A DNA stretch of 64,000 nt from Paramoeba atlantica (taxonomy: Eukaryota > Protista > Discosea). Made by a program: the position numbers and the translations under genes. The DNA lies in contig CDRNVI010000053.1 in the NCBI GenBank assembly GCA_977017575.1, positions 880,307-944,306 of the forward strand, in the 5' to 3' direction. This document shows, in pieces, positions 9,632 to 19,413 of the stretch; the first letter of the stretch is position 1; the number at the start of each line of letters is the position of its first letter. The notes under the pieces are model-generated. The model worked only from the letters and a program-made list of their open reading frames with translations, was not told where the DNA came from and ran no database searches.

Positions 9632-11160
9632 AATGGGGGGGCGGATATAGTATATATCGTATATACATTTATTGTATGTACATTATTGTATATTATATCG
9701 TATATACATTATTGTATGTATTTTCTTTTTTAGGCTCTTCGTTAAACGCGGTGGTTGCTTTCAACTTAGAAGTCACTCATGCTGCGCGCTTCGCGTTGAA
9801 AACTCCCGCCGCGTTTAACGAAGAGCCTAAAAAAGAAAATTTAGCCTGGAAAACGGAAAGATTATAACCAAAAATAGCCGAATTTCGGGTACAAATGGGG
9901 TCATTTTCGCATATTTTTGCTCTCAGAGCACTAAATCCGACATTTGCGCGTGGGAAATCACTCGCAGGCATGAATGAAAGCCTACCGAACGTATTGGGTA
10001 GAGAATGCGACTCCAACCATACCATTCTTTCGACAAAAATGCCCCTTTAGGTCCGAAAAATACTTTTTCACCTTTTTTAGTCAAAAATGGGTCATTTTGG
10101 GGGGCGCACCACAGTTCGAAGAAGTGATACCTTGCGAAAACAACTGCGTAGAAAGCTAGTGTAGGTCCCAAACTATCAAAATACAATAGGGGAAACGATT
10201 TTGGAAAAATATTTTTTTTGTCATTTTTTTCGCCAAGTTGAAATTTTTTTCAAATTTTTTTTTCCGAAAAAATCCGAACTTGGCGGACCCGTCCTGCGGA
10301 TACGCGGTGGGGTCACCCCCGGGTAGGGGGGTGGAAAATGCGCGCCAAGACCCCGGCTACCCTTTCTGCGGTTTTTTTTCGAAAACTAATTTTTTCGAAA
10401 AAATTTGCTCGACCATGCCCCCCCCCTGGACCCCCCCCATGGACCCCCCATTTTTTTCAATTTTTTTTTTCAGTTTTGGACCACCGGAGCCCCCTTTTAT
10501 ATTTTTTTCTTCTATTATATTACTGTGTTCCCCTTTATATTTTCACTGTTTTTGTTCACTTTTTTTTCAATAATCGAGTGTAGAGCGGTAGTTTTACAAC
10601 CACCGCAATATGTATAGTATATATGTATATGTACATATGGGCGGATATGTATATTACGCTTGCAGATATATATTACCATTCTAGTTTTCTAAAGTTTCAT
10701 AGCACAACTGAAGTGAAAATGTATCGCATATCCCTCTAAGATTGCAAGAAACGCGTGAAGCAAGGGATGGCAAAGGAGGTGAAGAGTAGGAATGCCCCTC
10801 GAATGATAAAGACAACTGCGGTTTCTGCGATTTGGATAGAAACCTGAACTGGGACGACAAGGTCGAAGCCTCCTTGTCATCCTCCCTAGCATTTGTGTGG
10901 GTGAAAGTATACTTTTGAAGGCAACGGGCCCCTAGGCGTCTTCCCCAGCAGTACCATTTTAGTGTTCGTACAAGCGCCTACCCCCCAAATTGCCTTAAAT
11001 GTTATATTTTTGAATTTGAATGTCGTTCCCCCACTTGAATATACAATGTGCGTGCAGCATTTTTCGCAATATAAATACTCTTGCAGATTTATATTACCAT
11101 TCTACCTAAACCAGATCTATACTACCAAAAAAAAGCGTAATATATATCCGCACCCCCCTT
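9632..11160. mobile_element. TA-flanked TIR element hosting hairpin-element copy A
   Basis: Left end TA|aatgggggggcggatata and right end tatatccgcacccccctt|TA are imperfect inverted repeats. Confidence 0.5.
9721..10608 (+). mobile_element. ~890 bp non-coding double-hairpin element, copy A (Helitron2/Helentron-like by inference)
   Basis: Near-identical to 48685-49573 (+) and 43918-44817 (-). Starts with a ~120 nt hairpin and ends with gcggtagtt-ttac-aaccaccgc-aa. Confidence 0.85.
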
Positions 11161-11257
11161 TATCTTGTACAACTTTTCAGTTGGTCTATTTCAAAAGTAT
11201 TGTTCAATAAGATATTTTCTTAAAAGGTTCTTTTGACATCTTTTTCTTTCCCTTACT

Positions 11258-11992
11258 ATGCCACCCCGTGGCAGGCCTACCTCATCATCCTTCCGCACTT
11301 CCTACGAGCTCTCTCAGTTGCCTCCTGCCGAGATTCTCTCTCCAGACTCCTTTCTGTTTCCTCCCCGACCCATCCCAAGACCCCAACCTAAAACCGCTAC
11401 ACAGCAACTTCTTGCAGAATCCTTTTTGCAGCTTGAGCGTCGGTACGCGACCTCTACATGGAGAAAACTCTCTCATGCCACAGGACTTGATGCCTCTACC
11501 CTATCCGATCGAGCTTGTCCTCAGGACACAGTACGGGCAGGAAAGATTCAACCATCCACTATGGAGATTTCTCCCTTTCTGCCCACTTTTATGGCTATGG
11601 AAGAGACCTGCACGGTGATGTGCTCTTCCCCTAAGTTATCACAACTTCACGCTGCCAACTGTTCTGTTAATTCTCACAATGTTTCCTTTTTGTTATCTCT
11701 CTCCACACAATCTCTTTTTCAACTTTTGTCTCGACATTCGAGACGTAATGATGCGTCGTCGAAGTCCAGTCACTGGCGAATTATGTCCCAGGCGGCACGA
11801 CAGGAGGAACGCTGCCTGGAACGAATTCCAATCCCTCGTAGAGGGGTTGGAAATGAAGAGGCCTTTTTGGGCAAAGACGGCGAGAACGTATTCGACACAC
11901 TGAGGGAAAATATTGTCTGGGATTCCTTTTTGGGCGATGAAGATGATGGGGATCTGGAATCTGACGTGCAATATGAAGATTACTTTCCTTGA
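11258..11992 (+). CDS. Hypothetical protein
   Basis: 244 aa ATG ORF on the cluster strand; Pro/Ser-rich start and acidic end; no family recognised. Confidence 0.45.
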   Translation: MPPRGRPTSSSFRTSYELSQLPPAEILSPDSFLFPPRPIPRPQPKTATQQLLAESFLQLERRYATSTWRKLSHATGLDASTLSDRACPQDTVRAGKIQPSTMEISPFLPTFMAMEETCTVMCSSPKLSQLHAANCSVNSHNVSFLLSLSTQSLFQLLSRHSRRNDASSKSSHWRIMSQAARQEERCLERIPIPRRGVGNEEAFLGKDGENVFDTLRENIVWDSFLGDEDDGDLESDVQYEDYFP

Positions 11993-12148
11993 AGTGAATT
12001 GGGCTTGCATGGTTGGGTTGTACAATGTGTGGAGTTACAAGGAACACGTACGATACATAATTTTTTTGTCGTTTTATGTGCTCCTTATTTTGACTAGACG
12101 TTATTTTAAAGTACTGAAACACACCTCTATCCCACTTTGTGGACTAAA

Positions 12149-13228
12149 ATGCTTTCTCCTTTGGAGATACTGATAGCCTCCGTTAGGGATGATATACTCG
12201 ACATAAGTCTTGAAAGGAACTCCCGTACATTATCTTCTGAGACATCCGTTAAACGTAGTAGTATGCACCGGCCTTTTAATAATATTATTGACAGACTTCG
12301 TAAGATTAATTCGTGCGCCAAGCGTACATGGAGCATTTACGCATCCGAGCTTCATTTTCCTGAATCATTACAGCTCATAGACTTTGAACCGAAGCATAAG
12401 AAGGTATGTGCTAACAAGCAACCATCAACTGCTGCAGTAAATGATGTCTCCCTTCCATCGAATTTTCTACCGCAATCAAACAATATCGCTGGGTCTTCTC
12501 CTCTAGAAGTAACATTCATAAAACACGCCTTGGGTAGACTTTGTATAAGCGTTCTACTAAATGGTCTTCCTTTAGAAGACCTGATTACTGCTAGCTATCG
12601 CTGCGACATACGTCTTGACAAGCTACCTTCACGTACCCAAGTAGATCAGAATATCTTACATGCTCATTTGTCTCGAGTCCTTGGGGTTGTTTTTTATAGC
12701 AATGGGGTCAGAGAGTGCTGTGACGAGCAGCAAGCAGCAAGAATACTACGTCCATATCAATCGGTTTCTCCTCCGTACTTTACTGCCGATGAATCGTTTT
12801 CTCGGCCTTCTGGATATCAATTTCGATATATGGTTCCTGGTGAATTCTGTGTCAAACATGGATCTCCCATTTCGAATTCAGAACGTGAACTGGGGAATGT
12901 GCCAAATTCTCGTCATTTTTTACTAGACGAGTCGACAACTCCTAACATTAGGTTGCACAGTGATCCTTTTGAGACAAGTGGTCAAAAAATATACTGTCGG
13001 TGTGGTCTGAAATACTCTAGTTGTTACGGTCCAACCTGGATATGGTGCTGGGGCTGCCGTAAATGGTCACACTGGAAATGTGTTCGACCATCTAGAGAAA
13101 AGAACAAAAAACAAGACGAAACGATATTAGTCTTAAAAAATCAAAATCATTCGGAATTTGGTCGCGCCCCGCATGATTTTAATTGTTTGGATGGCAAATG
13201 TCTAATTGCAATGTCTAGTACTTTGTGA
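12149..13228 (+). CDS. Hypothetical protein with C-terminal PHD-like zinc finger
   Basis: YCRCG...WIWCWGCRKWSHWKC...FNCLDGKC fits PHD Cys4-His-Cys3 spacing. First ATG at 12149. Confidence 0.65.
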   Translation: MLSPLEILIASVRDDILDISLERNSRTLSSETSVKRSSMHRPFNNIIDRLRKINSCAKRTWSIYASELHFPESLQLIDFEPKHKKVCANKQPSTAAVNDVSLPSNFLPQSNNIAGSSPLEVTFIKHALGRLCISVLLNGLPLEDLITASYRCDIRLDKLPSRTQVDQNILHAHLSRVLGVVFYSNGVRECCDEQQAARILRPYQSVSPPYFTADESFSRPSGYQFRYMVPGEFCVKHGSPISNSERELGNVPNSRHFLLDESTTPNIRLHSDPFETSGQKIYCRCGLKYSSCYGPTWIWCWGCRKWSHWKCVRPSREKNKKQDETILVLKNQNHSEFGRAPHDFNCLDGKCLIAMSSTL

Positions 13229-13384
13229 TCTTTAAAATAGAATGAGTGGTTAAGAAACTTGCATTAATATCACAAATACAGGTATAAAGTTAATACAAGC
13301 GTATTGCTTTTTCGGAGTATTACAACTCAGAAGATCAGATATTCCATTAAACACATTTCTTATTTACGTACGTACTGTATTTTA

Positions 13385-15724
13385 ATGTCTGAAAAGATCT
13401 CTTCTACTGACGTGGAGAAATGTCTGAGTCACAGTGCGCAAAGTGCTCTACGGATTGTGCTAAAATGCCCAACGCAACGCGCGTACTGGAAAAAAGTGCT
13501 CAAAGAATTAAAAACTTTACCCATAGAAATTACACGAGAATATTGGATCACATATTTTAAAACCTTTCCCACGGACTCCACATGCTTGTGTGAATACTTG
13601 ACTGAAGAGCTTAAAGCTCAACAATACGAACATGTTTTCCTTTTTTTCGATAAGTCAAATAGAGGCCTTGCACTACAATGTCCACACATGAAGGTGTGGC
13701 AAATTTTCTTAGATGCGGTAGATGAGTCATCTTTAAAATCTTCCCAAGAAATGCACGAGGCGTATATCTTGGCTAAAAATATCATTGGTCAGCAGAACGA
13801 TTCCGAAATATTTTGGGATCGGTATCTATTATTTCTACAGAACAAAGTTCACCCAAGGCATCAAATAGGTGTTCTACGCAATGCATACCACGAGGCTTTG
13901 TTAACTCCATACAGTGGTGTAGAATTCCTAATGGAAAAATACGAGGCATTTGAACGAGCGCATAATTCTAGAGCTGTCGTTGCGAACGACTTAAAACAAG
14001 CTCACAAACGGTCAGTATTTGTGTCTAAGGAACTCATTCAACGAATTTATTATGGCGTAGACCGCTCACATATCGCCCTCCCTCTTGGAGAAGCAAGTTC
14101 TACGGAAGATACTTCCCAATATCTGTTTTGGCGCAGAGTGATCGCTTATGAACTAACCAATCCTCTATCATTTAAAGAGCATGATGCAAATTTAGTGCGT
14201 CGCATAGAAAACGCTTATCGTTCTGCTTTAATGCATTGTAGGTGTCACGCCGAGCTATGGGTAGAACTTGCAAATTTCTTAATTATTAATGAACTCAAAG
14301 ATGAAGCAAAGAGTATTTTTGAAGAAGCAATTGAATCCATGCCACAGAGCATTATTGTATGCTGCTCCTTTGCAGATTCACTTTGCTCCAATCTTAAACT
14401 GGTTGATAACAGTATCGAAAAGGGTCACAAAGTTTTCCAGAATTTAATTTCACAAACACTAGCGTCGCCGGTTTTCGATGTTTTAGACAATGTGGCCCAA
14501 GCATACTCATGCTACATGAGGTGGGCAAGGTTTGCTCATCCTTTTAGCGGCATTGAAAAAGCAAGACATATATTTAGAGAGGCAATTCGAGAAGAACCCC
14601 GCCTACGTAGATTTTTGGTTCCATTTGCAGCCGAAATAGAACTGTCCTCTGGCAATCCCAAAGAAAAACTTCCGCTGGCTTTAGAATACTACAACGCTGT
14701 CAGCTTCGAAGATCAAAAGTCGTTGGGGCTTCTGGAATCTCTCAGTGCTTTGCACGCACGTGCCGGATCATATACGGAAGCAATATCTTTGCTGCGACAA
14801 GCTCCGGGTACGGAAGTCAATAAGAAAAGAATTGCACTACTGGAACAGGAAAACACATTCAAATATTATCCTGTTCATAATACTCTGCGTGAATATGAAT
14901 TTTTTCTTTCCGAAGAGGGTCTTTCCGCTATATCTGAGCAACCCCCGGTTACGTATCCATTGTTTTCTAGTCTAATGACCACTTCCCATACCACCGAAAA
15001 CTTATTGGAAAAGGCACTTGTCCCACACACTCATCAGAGAATGGTTGAATCTGATGTATTCGACAAAAATCTCAACTGCACTTTTCAACTTGGTCAAGAA
15101 TCCTTTCAGGAGAATGGAAGCACAGACATTGGTTCGGCCACTGAATGGCCAGTGACATCTGACACAATCTCTCTAACAACTAGAAAACCGATGTCATCTC
15201 ATACACATGATGAAACGAATGTAGATAGTTTTTCACAAGATTCACTGCAGGTGGGTAGGAAACGGTTCTCTCGAAAGGAACCACTTAACCCAGCATCTTC
15301 GGGGAATTTTCTTATTACGTCACTTCGGAGGCACTTGCTTGTCTCTTATACTCCTATCCTACAGGAGGAGTATCGCATGCCTCCAATTAATCGGGCATTC
15401 ATAATTCGAAAGACGGACACTTCTCCGTACAAATCATCATTCCCCAAACTTCCTTGCGTATATCAATATTTTGTACCTCTGAAACCTCGGAAGTCTGTGT
15501 TAAAGGAAACCGATTTGCATGTCAAAGAACTTCCCCAAGCTATTCTTTCTCTTATGAAAGCGTTACCATCTCCTGTTGGCTGTGTAGGCGTTATTCCTTC
15601 TATGAAAGATCGCATCCCATCGGCAGAATATTTGACTGATGCATTGAGTAGCATTCCTGCTGAAAATCTATCTCTTTTACCCACAACCGTAAACAATGAA
15701 CGCAATGACGACGACAATGGTTAA
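13385..15724 (+). CDS. CSTF3: Cleavage stimulation factor 77 kDa subunit (CstF77/Rna14/Suf)
   Basis: HAT repeats (WRRVIAYELTNPL; AYRSALMHCRCHAELWVELANF; YMRWAR..GIEKARHIFREA) and C-terminal LPQAILSLMKALPSP. First ATG at 13385. Confidence 0.78.
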   Translation: MSEKISSTDVEKCLSHSAQSALRIVLKCPTQRAYWKKVLKELKTLPIEITREYWITYFKTFPTDSTCLCEYLTEELKAQQYEHVFLFFDKSNRGLALQCPHMKVWQIFLDAVDESSLKSSQEMHEAYILAKNIIGQQNDSEIFWDRYLLFLQNKVHPRHQIGVLRNAYHEALLTPYSGVEFLMEKYEAFERAHNSRAVVANDLKQAHKRSVFVSKELIQRIYYGVDRSHIALPLGEASSTEDTSQYLFWRRVIAYELTNPLSFKEHDANLVRRIENAYRSALMHCRCHAELWVELANFLIINELKDEAKSIFEEAIESMPQSIIVCCSFADSLCSNLKLVDNSIEKGHKVFQNLISQTLASPVFDVLDNVAQAYSCYMRWARFAHPFSGIEKARHIFREAIREEPRLRRFLVPFAAEIELSSGNPKEKLPLALEYYNAVSFEDQKSLGLLESLSALHARAGSYTEAISLLRQAPGTEVNKKRIALLEQENTFKYYPVHNTLREYEFFLSEEGLSAISEQPPVTYPLFSSLMTTSHTTENLLEKALVPHTHQRMVESDVFDKNLNCTFQLGQESFQENGSTDIGSATEWPVTSDTISLTTRKPMSSHTHDETNVDSFSQDSLQVGRKRFSRKEPLNPASSGNFLITSLRRHLLVSYTPILQEEYRMPPINRAFIIRKTDTSPYKSSFPKLPCVYQYFVPLKPRKSVLKETDLHVKELPQAILSLMKALPSPVGCVGVIPSMKDRIPSAEYLTDALSSIPAENLSLLPTTVNNERNDDDNG

Positions 15725-15906
15725 TCCTCTTAACGCAAAACTTGTGCAGTCCCCCTCTCATTATTTTCAATAAATGACTCCTGACATTTTCTTTCAAAAA
15801 TTTATAACTACTTTTGCAAAAGTTAATCCTTTCGTTCTGATTCACGCTCTTTTTATATCTTTTTTATCACCCTATTTTAAACCCAACCCTAACACTCTTT
15901 CCCTAA

Positions 15907-15978
15907 CTCTCTCTTTCTCTTTTCCTCTCTCTCTCTTTCTCTTTTCCCCTCTCTCTCTCTCTCTCCTTTCCTCCCTCC
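15907..15978 (+). promoter_or_regulatory. 72 nt pure polypyrimidine tract abutting the RPL3 ATG
   Basis: Only C and T from 15907 to 15978. Role as an RNA-processing signal is inferred. Confidence 0.55.
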
Positions 15979-17175
15979 ATGTCCCACCGCAAATTCGAGC
16001 ACCCCCGGCACGGCCACCTCGGCTTCCTCCCTAAGAAGCGCTGCCGCCACATCCGCGGCCGCATCCGCTCCTTCCCGCGGGACAACGCGGCGGCGGCCCC
16101 CCACCTCACCGCGTTCATGGGGTTCAAGGCGGGCATGACGCACATCGTGCGTGACATGGACCGCCCCGGGAGTAAGATGAACAAGAAGGAGGTGGTCGAG
16201 GCGGTGACCATTGTGGAGACCCCCCCGATGATGGTGGTGGGGTTCGTGGGGTACCGCGAGACGCCGAACGGGCTGCGCTGTGTCGGGTCGATCTGGGCCC
16301 AGCACCTCAGTGATGAGTGCCGCCGGCGGTTCTACCGCAACTGGCGCAGCAGCAAGAAGCGGGCGTTCAGTAAGTACAGTTTGAAACTGGCGACGCAGGA
16401 GGGGAAAGGCGCGGCGGAGAAGAAGGAGGGGAAGATTTTGGAAAGTGCCACGGTGCTTCGGGTGATTGCGCATACGCAGATGCGGAAGCTCGGGAACCCG
16501 CATGTGGGACAGCGTAAGGCGTTTATTACGGAGATCCAGGTCAATGGGGGTGAGATTGCGGACAAGGTGGCCTACGCTAAGGGGTTGTTGGAGCGAGAGG
16601 TCCATGTAGGGTCTGTGTTTCAGCAATCCGAGTGTACGGATATCTGCAGTGTGACGCGTGGGCACGGGTTTGAGGGTGTGATCCAACGATGGGGAGTGAC
16701 CCGTCTTCCGCGCAAAACCCACCGTGGTCTTCGTAAAGTTGCGTGTATCGGAAGTTGGCATCCCGAGCGCGTGTCGTTTACCGTCGCGCGAGCCGGACAG
16801 CATGGTTTCCACCATCGTACGGAGCTCAACAAGAAGATTTATCTCATGGGCCAATCTCTCGCGGAAAATCCTCACACTGCGAAAACCGAGTACGACATCA
16901 CGGAGAAGTCCATCACTCCGATGGGAGGGTTTCCGAAGTACGGCACCGTGCGAAATGAGTTTCTGATGCTAAAGGGTTCTATTGCGGGTCCTGTGCGACG
17001 TTCGGTTACGTTGCGTCGTCCGATTGCGCCACAGACCTCTCGTGCGTTACAAGAGAAGGTGACCATGAAGTTTATTGACACGTCCTCGAAGCGAGGTCAT
17101 GGACGCTTCCAGACGATTAAGGAGAAGAACCAGTTTGTGGGTACGCTGAAGAAGCACGGTCTACGCCAAAAGTAA
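15979..17175 (+). CDS. RPL3: 60S ribosomal protein L3 (uL3)
   Basis: MSHRKFEHPRHGHLGFLP, FKAGMTH, GHGFEGVIQRWG, RKTHRGLRKVACIG, KFIDTSSKRGHGRFQT. Confidence 0.98.
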   Translation: MSHRKFEHPRHGHLGFLPKKRCRHIRGRIRSFPRDNAAAAPHLTAFMGFKAGMTHIVRDMDRPGSKMNKKEVVEAVTIVETPPMMVVGFVGYRETPNGLRCVGSIWAQHLSDECRRRFYRNWRSSKKRAFSKYSLKLATQEGKGAAEKKEGKILESATVLRVIAHTQMRKLGNPHVGQRKAFITEIQVNGGEIADKVAYAKGLLEREVHVGSVFQQSECTDICSVTRGHGFEGVIQRWGVTRLPRKTHRGLRKVACIGSWHPERVSFTVARAGQHGFHHRTELNKKIYLMGQSLAENPHTAKTEYDITEKSITPMGGFPKYGTVRNEFLMLKGSIAGPVRRSVTLRRPIAPQTSRALQEKVTMKFIDTSSKRGHGRFQTIKEKNQFVGTLKKHGLRQK

Positions 17176-17577
17176 GCGAGAAGTAAATCTTGGCGAAGCT
17201 AGAAGTTGAAAGTTAGAAGACAGAGCACCGGAGATGGATTTTTTTATTGAGGTGAATTCATATTTTGGTCTTGAATAATAAAGTATTCCAAGTGATTTTT
17301 ATGACTCAATTTAGTCTTAGTCACATTCCTTTTAGCCCTATTATTGTTTTAGTATTTTCCATCTGAAAGTTACTCAGACCTTTGTGCGGATTCTAATACG
17401 CGAACAATCTGTGCTGATTCCAATATATTTTTTGATACTCAACACTGCGACACACTGATACACTCTGCCGTCACCGTAGGAATTTTTGTTTCGTTTATAC
17501 ATGTAAATAATTTTCATCTCTGTTCTTGTACTCACGTTAATACACATCTCGACTTTTTTTCTGTACAATTTGTTTCA

Positions 17578-19137
17578 ATGCGCACGGCATCCCTTAAATG
17601 CACTATTTCGCGTGAGGACCAACGGGTTCTGGATTTACTTCTCGACGTGGTCCACTCTTGGCGTCTCCCTGTCACATTACGCATAGCTGGGGGTTGGGTA
17701 CGAAATATGCTACTGAACTTACCTGGACAAGACATTGACATCGCTCTTGACGGCACAGATCCGGAGCATCCCAGCAAGCCGATGACTGGTCATGCATTTG
17801 CGACCTACATTCAACGTTATCAAAGTGAGCACGATATGGAAACTCACACAATCGGAGTCATTCACGCGAATCCCACACAGTCGAAACATCTAGAAACCGC
17901 GACAACTCATATTTTCGGCCAGCCTATTGATTTGCTGCATCTTCGAAACGAGTCGTATGGAAATGGCAGTCGAATTCCCTCTATTCAACGAGGCAGTATA
18001 GTACAAGATGCGGAAAGGAGAGATTTTACTGTAAACGCTTTGTATTATAATCTTCACACAAAGCAGGTGGAAGATTATGTAGGGGGTCTTTTAGATTTGG
18101 AAAAGCGAAAGTTACGGTGTCCTCTTTCCCCGCGTCACACATTTCACGACGACCCACTACGACTTCTCCGTGCAATCCGCTTTGCTCGTCAATTTGATCT
18201 CGAGATTGATAATTCAGTTATGGAAGCCGCAAGCCTTCCAGAAGTACATCAAGCGCTGCGCGAAAAGGTGAGCCGCGAGCGTATTGGCATTGAGATGAAG
18301 AAATCACTTGGTGGTCCCGATCCTCCTCAAGTCCTCAGTTTTCTTTTTCGTACACAAACTCTGGGAAGTGTTTTCATGCACTGTGCGTTAAACCCTTCTT
18401 ATTCAAAGCCTTGCTCGTCGTATGAGTCGATAATTTGGAAACCCACTCAATGGCATTGGTCTCTCCACGCCTGCGAATTGCTTAAATGTCTAACATCTGC
18501 TGGAGAAAATCGCTTCTGTGCTGTGCTTCTTGCCCTTTTTGCTCCTCTAACTGAAAATACGAAAAACAACAAGATGATGCTTCCCTCTTGTATTCTTCAT
18601 GCATTAAAACAACCTCGTCGCATATTACAACAAGTCGACGCATTTCTTGCCGCTTCTTCTAGTCTTACTGACTTGCTGAATCCTCTATGCACAAAATATT
18701 CCGGTAATTTTACTAAAGCCTGCATTGAATCCTATTTCCAGCCTCAAAATTTACTTTGCAAGGAGTCTAAATCTCCTCGTGTTACTTTATATGAACTTTT
18801 CAGTAGTTTAAAAAGCTTAAATTTTGCCCCTCCTTTGTGCATTGCACTATTGCAGTTGATTCCTTCACCCCTTGATCAAGCGTCAAAAGCACCAATACTT
18901 CAATTGCATGAAATATTTTCTTCTGTGTGGCAAAACGATCCACACAAAATTACGCAGTCTTCTCAGTGGAAACCTTTACTTCGAGGCGATGAGCTATCAA
19001 AGGCTTTATCTCTTCCTGCAAAGCAGATCGGTGAAACCTTACAACAACAAATGCGTCTTCAGGCTGAATTTCCAGATTTGCATCCTCACCAAGCTCTCGA
19101 TATGCTACGAGTTCTTCGAGAAAGTAACTCTAAATGA
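17578..19137 (+). CDS. CCA1: tRNA nucleotidyltransferase (CCA-adding enzyme, class II)
   Basis: RIAGGWVR, DIDIA, RRDFTVNALYYN, DDPLRLLRAIRFA, KVSRERIGIE. Confidence 0.9.
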   Translation: MRTASLKCTISREDQRVLDLLLDVVHSWRLPVTLRIAGGWVRNMLLNLPGQDIDIALDGTDPEHPSKPMTGHAFATYIQRYQSEHDMETHTIGVIHANPTQSKHLETATTHIFGQPIDLLHLRNESYGNGSRIPSIQRGSIVQDAERRDFTVNALYYNLHTKQVEDYVGGLLDLEKRKLRCPLSPRHTFHDDPLRLLRAIRFARQFDLEIDNSVMEAASLPEVHQALREKVSRERIGIEMKKSLGGPDPPQVLSFLFRTQTLGSVFMHCALNPSYSKPCSSYESIIWKPTQWHWSLHACELLKCLTSAGENRFCAVLLALFAPLTENTKNNKMMLPSCILHALKQPRRILQQVDAFLAASSSLTDLLNPLCTKYSGNFTKACIESYFQPQNLLCKESKSPRVTLYELFSSLKSLNFAPPLCIALLQLIPSPLDQASKAPILQLHEIFSSVWQNDPHKITQSSQWKPLLRGDELSKALSLPAKQIGETLQQQMRLQAEFPDLHPHQALDMLRVLRESNSK

Positions 19138-19413
19138 CAGTAGTATAAGTTAGGCAAGTTTAAATATTGACTTCAGTACTTTTCAAACGGCATGACATTG
19201 TTGCGCATTCTTTCGCAAAATATTTTCGCGATATTATTAGAAGACGCATCACGAATACTTTCCTATTATTTTCCGAGAAAACCGTTTGATTTCACTTCCC
19301 GTTTATGATGGATTTCAAAAGGCGCATTCATAATTGTCAGTCCGTGTTTAATTAGTTTATTTCTAAGCTTACACGCATTGTGAATTTCGATAGCCTTTTG
19401 ATACATCTTTTTT

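Noticed and set aside
9777-10617. Phe/Lys/Pro-rich ORFs in the hairpin element, and their copies at 43.9-44.8, 48.7-49.6 and 60.6-61.5 kb
   Set aside because: They are products of homopolymer runs; frames differ between near-identical copies and no domain is recognisable.
13304-13384. Upstream non-ATG or extended starts in the ORF track (13304, 24463, 25648, 33598, 36124, 40037)
   Set aside because: The extensions run through T-rich intergenic sequence; downstream ATGs fit the protein families better.
15889-16875. 328 aa antisense ORF over RPL3, and the long alternative-frame ORFs over RAE1 (25850-26727)
   Set aside because: Shadow ORFs caused by very high GC3, which removes stop codons.
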